Positions 9,680 through 21,302 of a stretch of 64,000 bases of DNA are shown piece after piece (position 1 is the stretch's first letter; each line of letters begins with the position of its first letter). Below the pieces are notes generated by a model that saw nothing but the letters and a program-made list of their open reading frames with translations, was not told the origin of the DNA and did not search any database. Position numbers and translations under genes: made by a program. This DNA is from an uncultured Acidobacteriota bacterium (lineage in GTDB: Bacteria; Acidobacteriota; Thermoanaerobaculia; UBA5066; Gp7-AA6). The stretch is from the NCBI GenBank assembly GCA_963764715.1, contig CAVXTP010000022.1, positions 656,665-720,664 of the forward strand. Reading direction: 5' to 3'.

Positions 9680-10675
9680 CTAGACGGGCGCCGCCTGACG
9701 CTTGCGCTTGCGTTCGATCCCCGCGGCGATCCGGGCCGCGTGGTGGCGGCTGTTCTCGATGAAGATGCGGCCGGTCTCCCGGCCGCCGAGGATCGCCCCG
9801 GCCAGGTACAGGTCGGGCACGTTCGACTCGAGCGTCTCCGGGTCGTGGGCCGGCACCCGCGCGGGGCCCTCGAGCCGGATGCCGCAGCGCTCGAAGAGGG
9901 CGAAGTCCGGCTCATAGCCGATCAGCGGAAAGACGGCCTCGGCCGGGATCGACCGCTCCCCTCCGGGACCGGCGACGCGGACCGCGTCCGCCTCGATCGC
10001 GAGGACCCGGGTCTCGAAGAGCGCCCGGATCGCCCCCGCGGCGATCCGGTTCTCGAGGTCCGGCCTGATCCAGTACTTGATCCGGTCCGAGAGGGCCGCC
10101 GCCCGCACGACGAGCGTCACGCGCGCCCCGTGCCGGTACAGGTCGAGGGCGGCCTCGGCCGCCGAGTTCTTTCCGCCGACCACGACGACGTCCCGTCCGT
10201 GGAACGGGTATCCCGAGACGTACCGGGAATGGACCTGCGGACGCTCCTCGCCCGGCACGGACAGCTTCCGCGGGTTGTGGAAGAACCCCGTCGCGAGGAT
10301 CGCGGCCGGGGCCTCGACCCGCTCCCGGCCCCCCCGGCTCAGGACGGTCGCGGCGACTCCGCCCCCGGGGAGCGGCTCGACCTTCTCGACCGGGGTCTCC
10401 GCTCGGACGGCGACGCCGAACTGCTCGGCCACGCTGCGGTAGTAGCCGAGCGTCTCGAGGCGCGTCGGGTGCGCTTCGGGCGAGCCGAACGGGACCCCCG
10501 CGATGTCGAGGAGATCGCGCGTCGAGAACCAGCGCATCTCCTCGGGAAACCCGGAGATCGAGTCGAGGAGCCCGCCGCGGTCGAAGCACACGGCGGGGAT
10601 GCCGCGCCGGAGGAGCTCGACGGCGCAGGCGATCCCGGTCGGGCCGGCGCCGACGATGGCGACGGGCGTTTCCAC
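9680..10675 (-). CDS. YpdA-family FAD/NADPH oxidoreductase (putative bacillithiol disulfide reductase)
   Basis: GAGPTG, FSTRDLLDI, PTRLETLGYY, GGKNSAAEAALDL, KYWIRPDLENRI and IFIENSRHH. Confidence 0.85.
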   Translation of the reverse strand: METPVAIVGAGPTGIACAVELLRRGIPAVCFDRGGLLDSISGFPEEMRWFSTRDLLDIAGVPFGSPEAHPTRLETLGYYRSVAEQFGVAVRAETPVEKVEPLPGGGVAATVLSRGGRERVEAPAAILATGFFHNPRKLSVPGEERPQVHSRYVSGYPFHGRDVVVVGGKNSAAEAALDLYRHGARVTLVVRAAALSDRIKYWIRPDLENRIAAGAIRALFETRVLAIEADAVRVAGPGGERSIPAEAVFPLIGYEPDFALFERCGIRLEGPARVPAHDPETLESNVPDLYLAGAILGGRETGRIFIENSRHHAARIAAGIERKRKRQAAPV

Positions 10676-10710
10676 CCGGCCATTCTATCGGCGCCCGGTT
10701 CGACGGCCGC

Positions 10711-11673
10711 TCAGAGCGACTGGATGCGGACGGACCCGCCGCTCGTATGGAGGCGCAGCATGTTCCCGCCCTTGCCGAGCGTGCCCGAGAGGCTGCCCCG
10801 CGAGATCTCGCCGCGCACGGCGAGCGGCAGGTCGGTCCGGACGGCGTTGCCGGAGGCTTCGATGGCGAGATCCGCGCCCGGATCGAGCGAGACCTCGATG
10901 CCGCCGCCCGAGGTCGAGAGCGTTCCGCCGTGCGAGTTGCCGCGCACGAAAGTCGCTTCGATGCCGCCGCCCGACGTGTCGGCCACGACCCGGCCCCCCG
11001 CCTCGAGGATCCGGATGCCGCCGCCCGAGGTGTCCGCGTCGATGTCGCCCGAGACGCGCTCGAGCTCGATCGAGCCGCCGGAGCTCTCGGCCTTCACCGA
11101 GCCCGTGACCCCGGTGGCCTCGACGCCGCCCCCGGACGTATCCGCCCGGACGTTGCCCTGGATGTTCTTGAGCGTGATGCCGCCCCCCGAGGTGTCCGCG
11201 TCGACGTCGCCCTGAACGTCCGTGACGCTGATTCCTCCCCCGGAGGTGTCCGTCTTGACCTCGCCATGGATGCCCGAGACGGTGATCCCGCCCCCCGACG
11301 TGTCGACCCACACCCGGGTCTCGGTCGGGACGCGGACCTCGTACTGGACGTTCGTGTTCGAGCTCGAGAACCAGTCGAACTTGTGGCGCTTGCGCGCCGT
11401 GATCGAGACGCCGCCCGGGTTCTCGTCGAAGCGGAAGGTCATGAGCTCGTCGAGGTCCTTCCGGCGGGAGGTGATGACGACATGGGCGTCGGCGTCGGGC
11501 GATCCCACGAGCGTCACCTTGCCCATGTCGGTGTCCAGCCGGAACTCGCCGCCGGGCGCGAGCTTGAGGGTCTTCTCGATCCGCATTTCGGCGACGGAGA
11601 CGGCCGGCAGCGCGGCCAGGCCCAGGACGGCGAAACTCAGCGCAAGGCGGGCGGTCTTCGGGTACGGCCTCAC
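10711..11673 (-). CDS. Secreted DUF4097-type beta-strand repeat protein
   Basis: Signal peptide; repeated (D/E/S)TSGG(G/S)I motifs. Confidence 0.85.
   Translation of the reverse strand: MRPYPKTARLALSFAVLGLAALPAVSVAEMRIEKTLKLAPGGEFRLDTDMGKVTLVGSPDADAHVVITSRRKDLDELMTFRFDENPGGVSITARKRHKFDWFSSSNTNVQYEVRVPTETRVWVDTSGGGITVSGIHGEVKTDTSGGGISVTDVQGDVDADTSGGGITLKNIQGNVRADTSGGGVEATGVTGSVKAESSGGSIELERVSGDIDADTSGGGIRILEAGGRVVADTSGGGIEATFVRGNSHGGTLSTSGGGIEVSLDPGADLAIEASGNAVRTDLPLAVRGEISRGSLSGTLGKGGNMLRLHTSGGSVRIQSL
10900..11305 (-). repeat. Intragenic tandem repeat of about 19 aa (xDTSGGGIx), about 7-8 copies
   Basis: Recurrent gccgcccgaggtgtc-like units at roughly 57-nt spacing. Confidence 0.8.
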
Positions 11674-11717
11674 GGATACCTCCTCGTCAGGCCCGACGAG
11701 GGCCCTTCACCAACCGG

Positions 11718-11743
11718 ATACGCAGGCCGCGCCGCGAGGTTCC
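11718..11743 (-). promoter_or_regulatory. ECF-type promoter GGAAC-N16-CGTAT upstream of the DUF4097 gene
   Basis: Bipartite motif with 16-nt spacer; a matching motif occurs at 26530-26554. Confidence 0.6.
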
Positions 11744-11754
11744 CGGGTATCGGA

Positions 11755-12318
11755 TCAGTCCGAGGCTCGTGCGAACCGGCCGATCCAGGCTTCCAGGGCC
11801 GCCAGGAACCGGCCGAGGTGGCGGCGGGTCGCCTCGTCCGTCAGCCGGCCGGCGGCGTCGAACCGCTCCCCGGCGCGGGCGACGAGGACTTCGGGCTTGC
11901 CCATGACGTAGGCGTCGGACGCGAGCGACATCCGCAGGGCGACCTGGGCGCGGATCGTCCCGCCCATGCCCGGCGTCGCCCCCATGATGCCGATCGGCCT
12001 GTCGGCGAAGGCCGCCGAGCCGGCCGGGCGCGAGGCCCAGTCGATGGCGTTCTTGAGGACGCCGGGAACGCCGTGGTTGTACTCGGGAGTCGCGATCAGG
12101 ATCCCGTCCGCCTCGCGCATCGAGGCCTTCAGGGCCAGGACCGGGTCGGGCACCCCGGCCGCCTCCGCGTCGGCGTCGTAGGGCGGGATCTCCCCGAGGC
12201 GCTCGAAGGGACGGATCTCGAGCCCGGCGGGCGCGAGCTCGATGGCGGCCCCGAGGAGTCCCCGGTTGTACGAGCCCGCGCGGAGGCTTCCGGCGATTCC
12301 GAGGACCCGGAACGCCAT
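11755..12318 (-). CDS. NADPH-dependent FMN reductase (ChrR-like)
   Basis: GSLRAGSYN and [21 protein letters not shown]. Confidence 0.93.
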   Translation of the reverse strand: MAFRVLGIAGSLRAGSYNRGLLGAAIELAPAGLEIRPFERLGEIPPYDADAEAAGVPDPVLALKASMREADGILIATPEYNHGVPGVLKNAIDWASRPAGSAAFADRPIGIMGATPGMGGTIRAQVALRMSLASDAYVMGKPEVLVARAGERFDAAGRLTDEATRRHLGRFLAALEAWIGRFARASD

Positions 12319-12325
12319 CGGCCGG

Positions 12326-13441
<1,116 letters not shown>

Positions 13442-13484
13442 TCGCGCTCCCTCTGCAATCCGAGACTCCGTCGCGTTTCGCTGC

Positions 13485-13573
13485 GGGCGGCCGCAAGGGC
13501 CGCCCCTACACCCCGGAGCCCCAAACGATCGAAATTGGGGGCCCGGTCGTAGGGGCGGGGCTTGTCCCCGCCC
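13485..13573. repeat. REP-like doublet (two GTAG-capped palindromes in inverted orientation with a palindromic spacer)
   Basis: 13485-13510 is the reverse complement of TGTAGGGGCGGCCCTTGCGGCCGCCC; 13549-13573 reads GTAGGGGCGGGGCTTGTCCCCGCCC. Confidence 0.75.
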
Positions 13574-13585
13574 TCCTCGAATCTC

Positions 13586-15085
13586 TCAGTGCGTGTCGAT
13601 CTGCGCCTTCTGGAGCTTGCCCGAGAAATCCACGTAAATCGACTTCCACTCGGTGAAGACGTCGAGACCGGCGATGCCGGCCTCGCGGTGCCCGTTGCCC
13701 GTGTCCTTGATGCCGCCGAACGGCAGGTGCACCTCGGCGCCGATCGTCGAGGAGTTGACGTAGAAGATGCCGGTCTCGAAGTCGCGCATCGCCGTGAACG
13801 CCTTGTTGACGTCCTGGGTGTAGATCGAGCCCGAGAGCCCGTACGCCACGGAGTTGGCGACGCGGATGCCCTCCTCCAACGACCCGATCGGCACGACCGT
13901 CGTCACCGGCCCGAAGATCTCCTCGACCGCCACGCGCATCGTCGCGTCGGCGTCGGCGAAGACCGTCGGCGCGTGGAACCAGCCCTTCGCCAGGTCCCCC
14001 GTCGCGAGCTTCTCGCCGCCCGTCGCGAGCTTCGCGCCCTCGGCCTTCCCGATCTCGACGTACTTCGCGACCGTCTCGCGCTGCTTCTCCGAGACGCAGG
14101 GGCCCATGTCGATCATTTCGTCGAGGCCGTTGCCGACCCGGAGCTTCTGGACGCGCCCGACGAGCTTGTCGAGGAACTCCTTGTACACGCCGCGCTGGAC
14201 CAGCAGCCGCGAGGACGCCGTGCAGCGCTGGCCCGTCGTGCCGAAGGCCCCCCAGACGGCGCCGTCGACCGCGAGGTCCACGTCGGCGTCGTCCATGACC
14301 AGGATCGCGTTCTTTCCGCCCATCTCCAGGTGCAGCCGCTTGAAGGTCGGCGCGCAGGCCTGCGAGATCCGCCGGCCGACCTCGGTCGAGCCGGTGTACG
14401 AGACGACCTTGACGTCCGGGTGCTGGACGAGCGGATCGCCGACCTCTCCGCCCGAGCCCATGACGACATTGAAGACGCCGGGCGGAAGCCCCGCCTCCTC
14501 GAAGACGCGCGCGAGCGCCACGACCGAGGCCGGGGTGTCGGTCGCCGGCTTGATGACGATGGTGTTGCCGGCGATCAGCGCCGCCATGGACTTCCACGCC
14601 GGGATCGCCATCGGGAAGTTCCACGGGGTCACGAACGCGCAGACGCCGACCGGTTGCCGGATGCACATCGCGAACTTGTTCGAGAGCTCCGAGGGAGTCG
14701 TGAAGCCGAAGAGCCGCCGGCCTTCGCCCGCGGCGAGGAACGCCATGTCGATCGCTTCCTGGACGTCACCCCGCGTCTCGGCGAGGACCTTGCCCATCTC
14801 GCGCGTCATGAGGCGCGCCAGCTTCTCCTTGTCCCGCTTCAGGATCTCGCCCGCGGCATAGAGGACCTCGGCGCGCCGCGGCGCCGGGGTGTTCTTCCAG
14901 CCCGGGAACGCCTTCTTCGCGGCCGCGACGGCGGCATCCACGTCCGCCTTGCCGCTCTTCGGATAAAGACCGATCAGGTCGTTCTTGTCGGCGGGGTTCC
15001 GGTTCTCGAAGGTCTGCCCCGAGGAGGCCGGCACCCACTTTCCGCCGATCAGGTTGTGTGTCTCGACTGCGATCTCCGTGGCCAT
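13586..15085 (-). CDS. Aldehyde dehydrogenase family protein
   Basis: [33 protein letters not shown] and PFGG. Confidence 0.95.
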   Translation of the reverse strand: MATEIAVETHNLIGGKWVPASSGQTFENRNPADKNDLIGLYPKSGKADVDAAVAAAKKAFPGWKNTPAPRRAEVLYAAGEILKRDKEKLARLMTREMGKVLAETRGDVQEAIDMAFLAAGEGRRLFGFTTPSELSNKFAMCIRQPVGVCAFVTPWNFPMAIPAWKSMAALIAGNTIVIKPATDTPASVVALARVFEEAGLPPGVFNVVMGSGGEVGDPLVQHPDVKVVSYTGSTEVGRRISQACAPTFKRLHLEMGGKNAILVMDDADVDLAVDGAVWGAFGTTGQRCTASSRLLVQRGVYKEFLDKLVGRVQKLRVGNGLDEMIDMGPCVSEKQRETVAKYVEIGKAEGAKLATGGEKLATGDLAKGWFHAPTVFADADATMRVAVEEIFGPVTTVVPIGSLEEGIRVANSVAYGLSGSIYTQDVNKAFTAMRDFETGIFYVNSSTIGAEVHLPFGGIKDTGNGHREAGIAGLDVFTEWKSIYVDFSGKLQKAQIDTH

Positions 15086-15125
15086 CTCGTTACTCCTCCG
15101 CTGTATTGGTTTTCCCGGCGCCGTT

Positions 15126-15539
15126 CTAGCCGCCGCCCGGCGTGGCCATGGCCACCTTTCCCTGAAGCTGAGCTCCCTCCGCGATCACGATCTTGGGAGC
15201 ATGGACGTTTCCCTGCACGTCGGCCGACGCGAGCAGCTCCGCCCGCTCGTCGGCCCGGATCTCGCCGATCACCCGGCCGGCCACGACGACCGCGCGGCCG
15301 TGGAGGTTCCCCTGAACATCTCCGGAGGTCGCGACGGTCACCTTCCGGCCGACGGTGACGTTTCCCTCGAGCCGGCCCTGGATGACGACGTCCTCGTCCC
15401 CGGACACCTCGCCCTTGAACCGGGCCCCGGGGCCGATTACGGTCGGCGTGGCCTGGCCGCTGCCCGTCGGGACCGACACCGCGGATCGATCGGCCGCCGA
15501 AACCTGTCCCGCCGCGTCCGTTTTGGAGAAGATCGCCAA
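15126..15539 (-). CDS. Bactofilin (polymer-forming cytoskeletal protein)
   Basis: TVIGPG..FKGEV.G.EDVVIQG.LEGNV and [11 protein letters not shown] beta-helix motifs. Confidence 0.9.
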   Translation of the reverse strand: MAIFSKTDAAGQVSAADRSAVSVPTGSGQATPTVIGPGARFKGEVSGDEDVVIQGRLEGNVTVGRKVTVATSGDVQGNLHGRAVVVAGRVIGEIRADERAELLASADVQGNVHAPKIVIAEGAQLQGKVAMATPGGG

Positions 15540-15614
15540 CCGCCCTCCGAAAGGCCGGCTAGTCTAACAAAGGACCGTCCCCGGCCCGACGGAGGCTCCC
15601 GTGGTGCAAATTCC

Positions 15615-18611
15615 TCAGGGCAAAGAGAAGGTCCTGACCAGAAACGCCGCCATCTGAGCGCGGGTGACGCTGGCCGAGGGACAGAAGACGAGCACCGTCG
15701 GCGAGCAGCCGGCCGTGATGCCGCGCGTGTACAGATCCTCGATCCAGCCGGCCGCGAAGGAGCCGACCGACACGTCGCCGAAGACACCGACGGCGGCGGG
15801 AGGGACGTAGGCCGAGCCGAGCAGGGTCTTGAGCAGGAACACGGCCATCTGCGCGCGCGTCGCGAAGCCTTCGGGACAGAAGCGTCCGCCGCCGCATCCC
15901 GCCGTGATGCCGCGCGCGGCGAGGTCTTCGATCCAGGCCGCCGCGAAGTAGCCGGCGGGGACGTCGGAGAAAGCCGTGCCCGTTTCGCGCGGCGGAAAGT
16001 AGTGGCGGCCGAGGAGCGACTTGAGCAGGAACACCGCCATCTGCGAGCGCGTCGTGTACCCATCCCGGCAATAGTTGCCGGCGCCGCAGCCGGCCGTCAC
16101 GCCGTCGCGGAGGATCTTCTCGACGGCGGAATGGTAGATGTCCGACTGCGCGACGTCGGAGAAGTCCGCCAGGAACGCGCCGCCGAGCGTCCCTTCCGTC
16201 TGATCCGGGTTGACGACGGAGAGGTGGTAGAGAATCCCGGGCTCGAGCGCCGGCGTCGTGGCGTCGATCTCGGCAGCGCTCGGCACGGCGACGTCGACGG
16301 CCGGCGAAAAGCCCAGCCGCACCACCGCGCCGTCGGCGAAGCCCGCGCCGGCGATCGTCACAGCGCTGCCGCCCGAAGCGGGACCCGAAGAGGGCGACAC
16401 GGAGGTCACCGGCACGATCTTCGAGGTGTCGATGCGGAAGACCGTGCCGCCGAAGTAACCGCCGCCGCGCGCCGTCGTGCCGTAGAGCAGGCCGTTCGAC
16501 GCTTCGAGCAGCTCGGATCGCGGCGAGCTGCCGTCGCGGCTGCCCGGCTGCTCGCCGGTGAACGAGTGGATCAGCGTCTGCGCTCCGCCGGCATCGAGAC
16601 GGTAGACGGTGCCCCGTCCGAACGTGCCGCCGCGCTCCGTCGTGCCGTAGAGAAAGCCGTCCGAGCCGCGCATCAGGTGCCCGTTGCAGAACTCGCCGTC
16701 GCCCGCCTCACCGAGGGAAAAGGCGTAGAGCGATTGGAAACCTCCGGCCGGGTGTACCCGAAAAACAGTCCCCGCGGCGCTTCCGAGCCCTCCGGACGGG
16801 CCGCCGTAGAGCGTCGTGCCGTACAGATAGCCGTCCGCGTCGGCGAGCAGCCCCCCGTTTGGCGTGAACCCGTCGAGGCCGCTGAAGTCGTGCACGGTGG
16901 AGACGTCTCCGGCGAGGGAGACCCGGAAGATCGCGCCGTAGCCGTAAGCGCCGCCGTGAACAACCGCCCCGTACAGGGCCCCGTCGCTGCCTTCCGCCAG
17001 CCCGTTCTCGGGTAACCCGATGCTTTCGACGGAGGCGACGGGCTCGGCGGCGCCGAGCGCGTCGAGCCGCAACACCTGGTAGCTCGAGACCCCGTAGAGG
17101 TTCCCGTCCGACGCGCGGAAGATCTCGGCGGGCGCCGTGAACGGATCCGGGCCGAAGTCGTGGATCAGGGAATAGATCCCCGCGCCGTCGAGCGAATAGA
17201 GCGTTCCGAATCCGTGCGGGCCGCCCCCGGGGGCGGACCCGACGAAGAGGGCCGGCGACAATTCAAGAGGCGTGTGGAGCACGAAGCCCTCGAGGGTCGG
17301 GAATGTGTGGAAGATCTCGTATGCACCGTCGAGATCCATTCGAAAGACCCTTCCCCCTTCGGGCATGACTCCCGGAGTCGCGCCGTAGATCTTCCCGTCC
17401 GACGCCTCGATCAGGCCCGACCAGGGGCCTTCTCCGTCGACCGGGGCGAACTCCCGCACGAGCGACGGGACCCCGGCGGCATCGAAACGGAACAGCGTCC
17501 CCTTGTCGTACGCGCCGCCACCGCGCGCCGAGCCGAAGAATCCGTCGGCCGTTTCGGCGAGCCCGTCGTAGTACGGCACACCCAGGGAGCGATCGGACGG
17601 CAGGTAGCCTAGGAGCTCGAAGTTCCCGGACGTGTCGATTCGAAAGAAAGAGCCCGTGAGGGCGGGCCCATAAAGGGCCGTCATTCCATAAAACTTGTCG
17701 TCGCTGCCGCGCAGGAGGCCGCCCTGAGGCAATGAACCCTCCTCCTGGACGAAGGCATGGATGATCGCGAAATTTCCGCTCGAATCGATGCGGAAGACGG
17801 AGCCGAATCCAGTGGCGCCGGTTCTCAACGTTCCATAGAACTTTCCGTCAGCGCCCTCGACCAGCGGCCCCGAGGCCACCCCTTCGGCAACGCTGAACTG
17901 GTGGAGCACCGTGTATCCGGTTCCGTCGGTCGCGATTCGAAAGACGGCGCTGACGTCCTCGAAGGGCACGAACGATACGCGGAGGACGCCATAGAGGTTC
18001 CCGTCGGGGCCCTGGATCAACCGCGACGGAGACCCCTCGAACAACTCGAAGTCCTTCAGCCGGGTGATGCTCCCGTCGGGGGTCATGCGAAAGACCACGC
18101 CCCCGCCGTGCACGGACCCCCCGTACGACGACCCGTAGAAATTCCCGTCGTCCGCCAGCATGAGCTCGCCCCCGCCGAACCGGTCGGCGTCGCCGAGCTC
18201 GTGGATGAATTCGAGGTTCCCCGCGTCGTCGACGCGGAACACCGTGCCGTTGCCGGCGCTCCCGCCGCCCGTCGTCAGTCCGTAGTACAGGCCGTCGTCG
18301 CCAAGAGCCAGGCGCCCCGAGGGGAACCATCCGACGGTGTCCAGACTGAACGAGTAGATCGTCTGGTAATCGAAGCCGCCGATTCCGTCGGGCGTCACCA
18401 GGAAGACGTTGCCGACGTGAAAATCCCCTTCGTAGAAGGCCGTACCGATCAGGCGCCCGTCCCCCAGAGGCAGCAGCGCGGATGCGCCGCCCGCGGCGCC
18501 GTTGAACTCGTGAACGACCGAGCAGGTCTGCGCGTTGCCCGTCGAGAAAGACGCCATGAGGAGCAGCGCCGCTGCCCCGATTCTGAGCGGCCTGATCAGG
18601 GAACGAACCAT
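15615..18611 (-). CDS. Secreted tandem-repeat (GloVer-type) surface protein with IPT/TIG and three SLH-like domains
   Basis: Signal peptide; more than 10 repeats of L..xDG.(L/F)YG.T..GG...G.VFR; VTSVSPSSGPASGG (IPT); GC..G.YC/FC..TR.QMAVFL x3. Confidence 0.85.
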   Translation of the reverse strand: MVRSLIRPLRIGAAALLLMASFSTGNAQTCSVVHEFNGAAGGASALLPLGDGRLIGTAFYEGDFHVGNVFLVTPDGIGGFDYQTIYSFSLDTVGWFPSGRLALGDDGLYYGLTTGGGSAGNGTVFRVDDAGNLEFIHELGDADRFGGGELMLADDGNFYGSSYGGSVHGGGVVFRMTPDGSITRLKDFELFEGSPSRLIQGPDGNLYGVLRVSFVPFEDVSAVFRIATDGTGYTVLHQFSVAEGVASGPLVEGADGKFYGTLRTGATGFGSVFRIDSSGNFAIIHAFVQEEGSLPQGGLLRGSDDKFYGMTALYGPALTGSFFRIDTSGNFELLGYLPSDRSLGVPYYDGLAETADGFFGSARGGGAYDKGTLFRFDAAGVPSLVREFAPVDGEGPWSGLIEASDGKIYGATPGVMPEGGRVFRMDLDGAYEIFHTFPTLEGFVLHTPLELSPALFVGSAPGGGPHGFGTLYSLDGAGIYSLIHDFGPDPFTAPAEIFRASDGNLYGVSSYQVLRLDALGAAEPVASVESIGLPENGLAEGSDGALYGAVVHGGAYGYGAIFRVSLAGDVSTVHDFSGLDGFTPNGGLLADADGYLYGTTLYGGPSGGLGSAAGTVFRVHPAGGFQSLYAFSLGEAGDGEFCNGHLMRGSDGFLYGTTERGGTFGRGTVYRLDAGGAQTLIHSFTGEQPGSRDGSSPRSELLEASNGLLYGTTARGGGYFGGTVFRIDTSKIVPVTSVSPSSGPASGGSAVTIAGAGFADGAVVRLGFSPAVDVAVPSAAEIDATTPALEPGILYHLSVVNPDQTEGTLGGAFLADFSDVAQSDIYHSAVEKILRDGVTAGCGAGNYCRDGYTTRSQMAVFLLKSLLGRHYFPPRETGTAFSDVPAGYFAAAWIEDLAARGITAGCGGGRFCPEGFATRAQMAVFLLKTLLGSAYVPPAAVGVFGDVSVGSFAAGWIEDLYTRGITAGCSPTVLVFCPSASVTRAQMAAFLVRTFSLP

Positions 18612-18697
18612 GCCCCACCTCCCCGGACGGCCGTGGCGGTCGATGCGCGATCATCCTCCAGTTGCCGCCCAGGCGCCAACGCCCGGCGGGCCCAGGC

Positions 18698-19054
18698 TCA
18701 GGCGATCGGGCGGAGCGGCGGCGGCGGGACCGGGGCCTGCGAGCGCACCAGGGCAGCCCGCCGGTCGGCGAGCTCGAGGAGCTCTTCGAGCTTTTCGAGC
18801 ATCTCGAAGACGAACGCGGGGCCTTCGACGGTCGGGCAGTTGAAGGCGATCGTGCGTGTCGGGCGGTCGAGCTGGAACCGACGGTGCGGCCGCGATTCCT
18901 CCTGCACGGAGTAATACGCGTCCGCCCAGTGCTCGTCCGCCCGGCCTCGGACTGCGATCGTGTACCGGATGTCGCTGCCGGAGTCCTGTCCCCGCAGCGA
19001 AGCAGGATCGAGCCGGGCCGGACTGGACGAGCTGGAGTCTGCCATCTTCCCCAT
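18698..19054 (-). CDS. Hypothetical protein (about 118 aa)
   Basis: ORF with protein-like composition filling the gap between co-oriented genes; no recognised motif. Confidence 0.6.
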   Translation of the reverse strand: MGKMADSSSSSPARLDPASLRGQDSGSDIRYTIAVRGRADEHWADAYYSVQEESRPHRRFQLDRPTRTIAFNCPTVEGPAFVFEMLEKLEELLELADRRAALVRSQAPVPPPPLRPIA

Positions 19055-19152
19055 CCTTCGGCCCGCTATAAGCGCAAGTCGGAGGCCAGATGGACAAGCC
19101 GCCAAAGCTCAGAGAGTTACGGTCTCAGGCTCGCCCGAAGCAGTCGCAAATT

Positions 19153-19169
19153 CGTTACCAAAGGTAACG
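19153..19169. promoter_or_regulatory. Operator-like palindrome CGTTACC-AAA-GGTAACG
   Basis: Perfect 7-bp inverted repeat in an AT-richer intergenic region. Confidence 0.45.
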
Positions 19170-19222
19170 CTGGCCCTGTCCTCTCGTACAGCTGGACGAC
19201 TGGCCCCAAGGATCCGACTGGC

Positions 19223-21196
19223 CTAGGGAGTCGTCACGACCGGCAGCTCGACGAAGCTCGCCTGCCCCGGCGCCGCCGAGTGATAGATCCGCTGGACCGC
19301 CGACTTGTAGTCCCCAGGCTTCGCCCAGAAGATGTTGGGAACGAAGGTCTGGGGATTTCGGTCGTAGAGCGGGAACCAGCTCGACTGGACCTGCACCATG
19401 ATCCGGTGCCCCGGCAGGAACACGTGATTGGCCGTCGGCAGCGCGAACTTGTACAGCAAGGGCTTGCCCGCCTCGATCGGCTTCGCGGTCTCAAAGCTCT
19501 CGCGGTAGCGCCCGCGCAGGATGTCGGCGGCGACCATGAGCTGGTAGCCCCCCATCGCCGGCTGGGCCGCGACCTCGTCCGGGTAGACGTCGATCAGCTT
19601 GACCACCCAGTCCGAGTCGGTCCCGCTCGTCGAGGCGACGAGGTTGGCGATCGGCTGTCCGCTGATCTTGACGGGCGCGGTCAGCTTGCCGGAAACGAAG
19701 ACGGCGACGTCGGTGCGTCCCGACGCCTCGCGCTGGTCGTCGACCAGCCATTTGGCCCAGTCCGTGCTGCTCGTCGTCACGGGTCGGGCGCGGTAGGGCA
19801 CGGGCTTCGCCGGATCGGAGACGTACTCGGCGAACTCGGTACCTCCGGCCGCCGGCGCCGAGAAGCCGACCTTGCCGCCGGCTCCGAGATAGAGCGGCGT
19901 GGGCTTGAGAGTGCAGCCACTCGCGCATCCCGACGGCCAGCCTGGAAGCTTTCGCCACTTGTTCGTTCCGGTCTCGAACGCGGTCACCGGCGCGATGTCG
20001 GCCCTCGGCGCGGCGTCCTTCAGGTACTGGGCAAGGAACGGGCGGAGGACCTCCTGCCGGAAAGTCAGCGCCGTGTCGCTCCCGAACTTGAGCGCTCCCA
20101 GAGTCGAGCCGTCCCAGATCGCCTGTCCGTGGTGCCAGGGACCGAGCGCCAGGAAAACCTTGTCGTTGCCGGTGTCCTTCGGCTTGATCGCCTTGTAAAC
20201 GGCGATCGCCCCGTAGATGTCCTCCTGGTCCCAGAGGCTGTCGACCAGGAGCACTGGCACCTGGAGGGGCTCCGCCGCGAGAAGCTTGTCGACGGCCTGG
20301 TCCCGCCAGAAGGCGTCGTAGCTCGGGTGCTCCAGGATCTTGCGCCAGAAGCCGACCTGCTCGAGGCCGTGCAGCTTGCCGAGGTCGCCCGCCGATCCGG
20401 CGGCGAGGAACATGTCGTAGTCGTCGTAGTGGCCCCGCCAGTACTTTTCGTCGTTCTTCCGCGTCGCTTCCTGCTCGAAGATGTACGGCATCCCCTGCTG
20501 GCGAAACGCGCCGTAATGGAACCAGTCGTCGCCCATCCAGCCGTCGACCATGGGGTTCATCGGCACGGAGCACTTCAGTGCGGGGTGCGGCTTGACGAGG
20601 GCCATGAGCGGCGTGAAGCCGTCGTAGGAGATGCCGATGATGCCGACCTTGCCGTTGGACTCGGGAACGTTCTTCACGAGCCAGTCGATCGTGTCGTAGG
20701 TGTCCGTCGCGTGATCGACGAGCGTCGGGTTCTGGGGACCGCGGAGCGGCCGGTTCATCACGTAATCGCCTTCGGAACCGTACTTCCCGCGAACGTCCTG
20801 GATGACGCGGATGTAGCCGTCCTCGACGATGACGTCCGTCGCGTTGTCGTAGCCGTAGATCGCCGGCCCCAGGTGCGTGCTGTGGAGGTTGGTCGTCAGC
20901 GCGTCCGCGTTGTACGGGGTCCGGGTCAGGAGGATCGGCGCTCCCTTGGCCCCGTTGGGGACGAGGATGACGGTGTGTAGCTTGACGCCGTCGCGCATCG
21001 GGATCTCGGCGATCCGGCGCGCGTAGTCGAAGCCCGCCGCCGCCGGCTGAAGCGTGGCCGGCGTCTCGCTCGGAAAGTTGGGATACGTCGCCGGCGTCTT
21101 GGGCTTCGCCTGGGCCCCGGCGCCCCGCGGCAGGAGGACGGCGGCCAGCGCCGCCGCGAACAGAATCCGCACACCGATCCGATCGATTCGCTTCAT
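19223..21196 (-). CDS. CocE/NonD-family hydrolase (alpha-amino acid ester hydrolase/glutaryl-7-ACA acylase-like), secreted
   Basis: [24 protein letters not shown] nucleophile elbow and GPWHHG; AGGAGG RBS; signal peptide. Confidence 0.93.
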   Translation of the reverse strand: MKRIDRIGVRILFAAALAAVLLPRGAGAQAKPKTPATYPNFPSETPATLQPAAAGFDYARRIAEIPMRDGVKLHTVILVPNGAKGAPILLTRTPYNADALTTNLHSTHLGPAIYGYDNATDVIVEDGYIRVIQDVRGKYGSEGDYVMNRPLRGPQNPTLVDHATDTYDTIDWLVKNVPESNGKVGIIGISYDGFTPLMALVKPHPALKCSVPMNPMVDGWMGDDWFHYGAFRQQGMPYIFEQEATRKNDEKYWRGHYDDYDMFLAAGSAGDLGKLHGLEQVGFWRKILEHPSYDAFWRDQAVDKLLAAEPLQVPVLLVDSLWDQEDIYGAIAVYKAIKPKDTGNDKVFLALGPWHHGQAIWDGSTLGALKFGSDTALTFRQEVLRPFLAQYLKDAAPRADIAPVTAFETGTNKWRKLPGWPSGCASGCTLKPTPLYLGAGGKVGFSAPAAGGTEFAEYVSDPAKPVPYRARPVTTSSTDWAKWLVDDQREASGRTDVAVFVSGKLTAPVKISGQPIANLVASTSGTDSDWVVKLIDVYPDEVAAQPAMGGYQLMVAADILRGRYRESFETAKPIEAGKPLLYKFALPTANHVFLPGHRIMVQVQSSWFPLYDRNPQTFVPNIFWAKPGDYKSAVQRIYHSAAPGQASFVELPVVTTP

Positions 21197-21302
21197 CGGG
21201 ATTGTCCTCCTGCGAGGTAAGAGGTCGCCGTGCGGCGAGAACTCTACACCGGGGCGACCGCCGGGACCGAAACCGATAGACTCGTCCTGGCATCGAAGAC
21301 CA

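Noticed and set aside
8116-9915. 599-aa ORF suggesting a sigma-Ogt fusion
   Set aside because: The sigma is in a different frame with its own stop and a clean GTGA overlap, so these are two genes
10900-11305. Regularly spaced repeats resembling a CRISPR array
   Set aside because: In-frame degenerate coding repeats of the DUF4097 protein; no cas genes in the window
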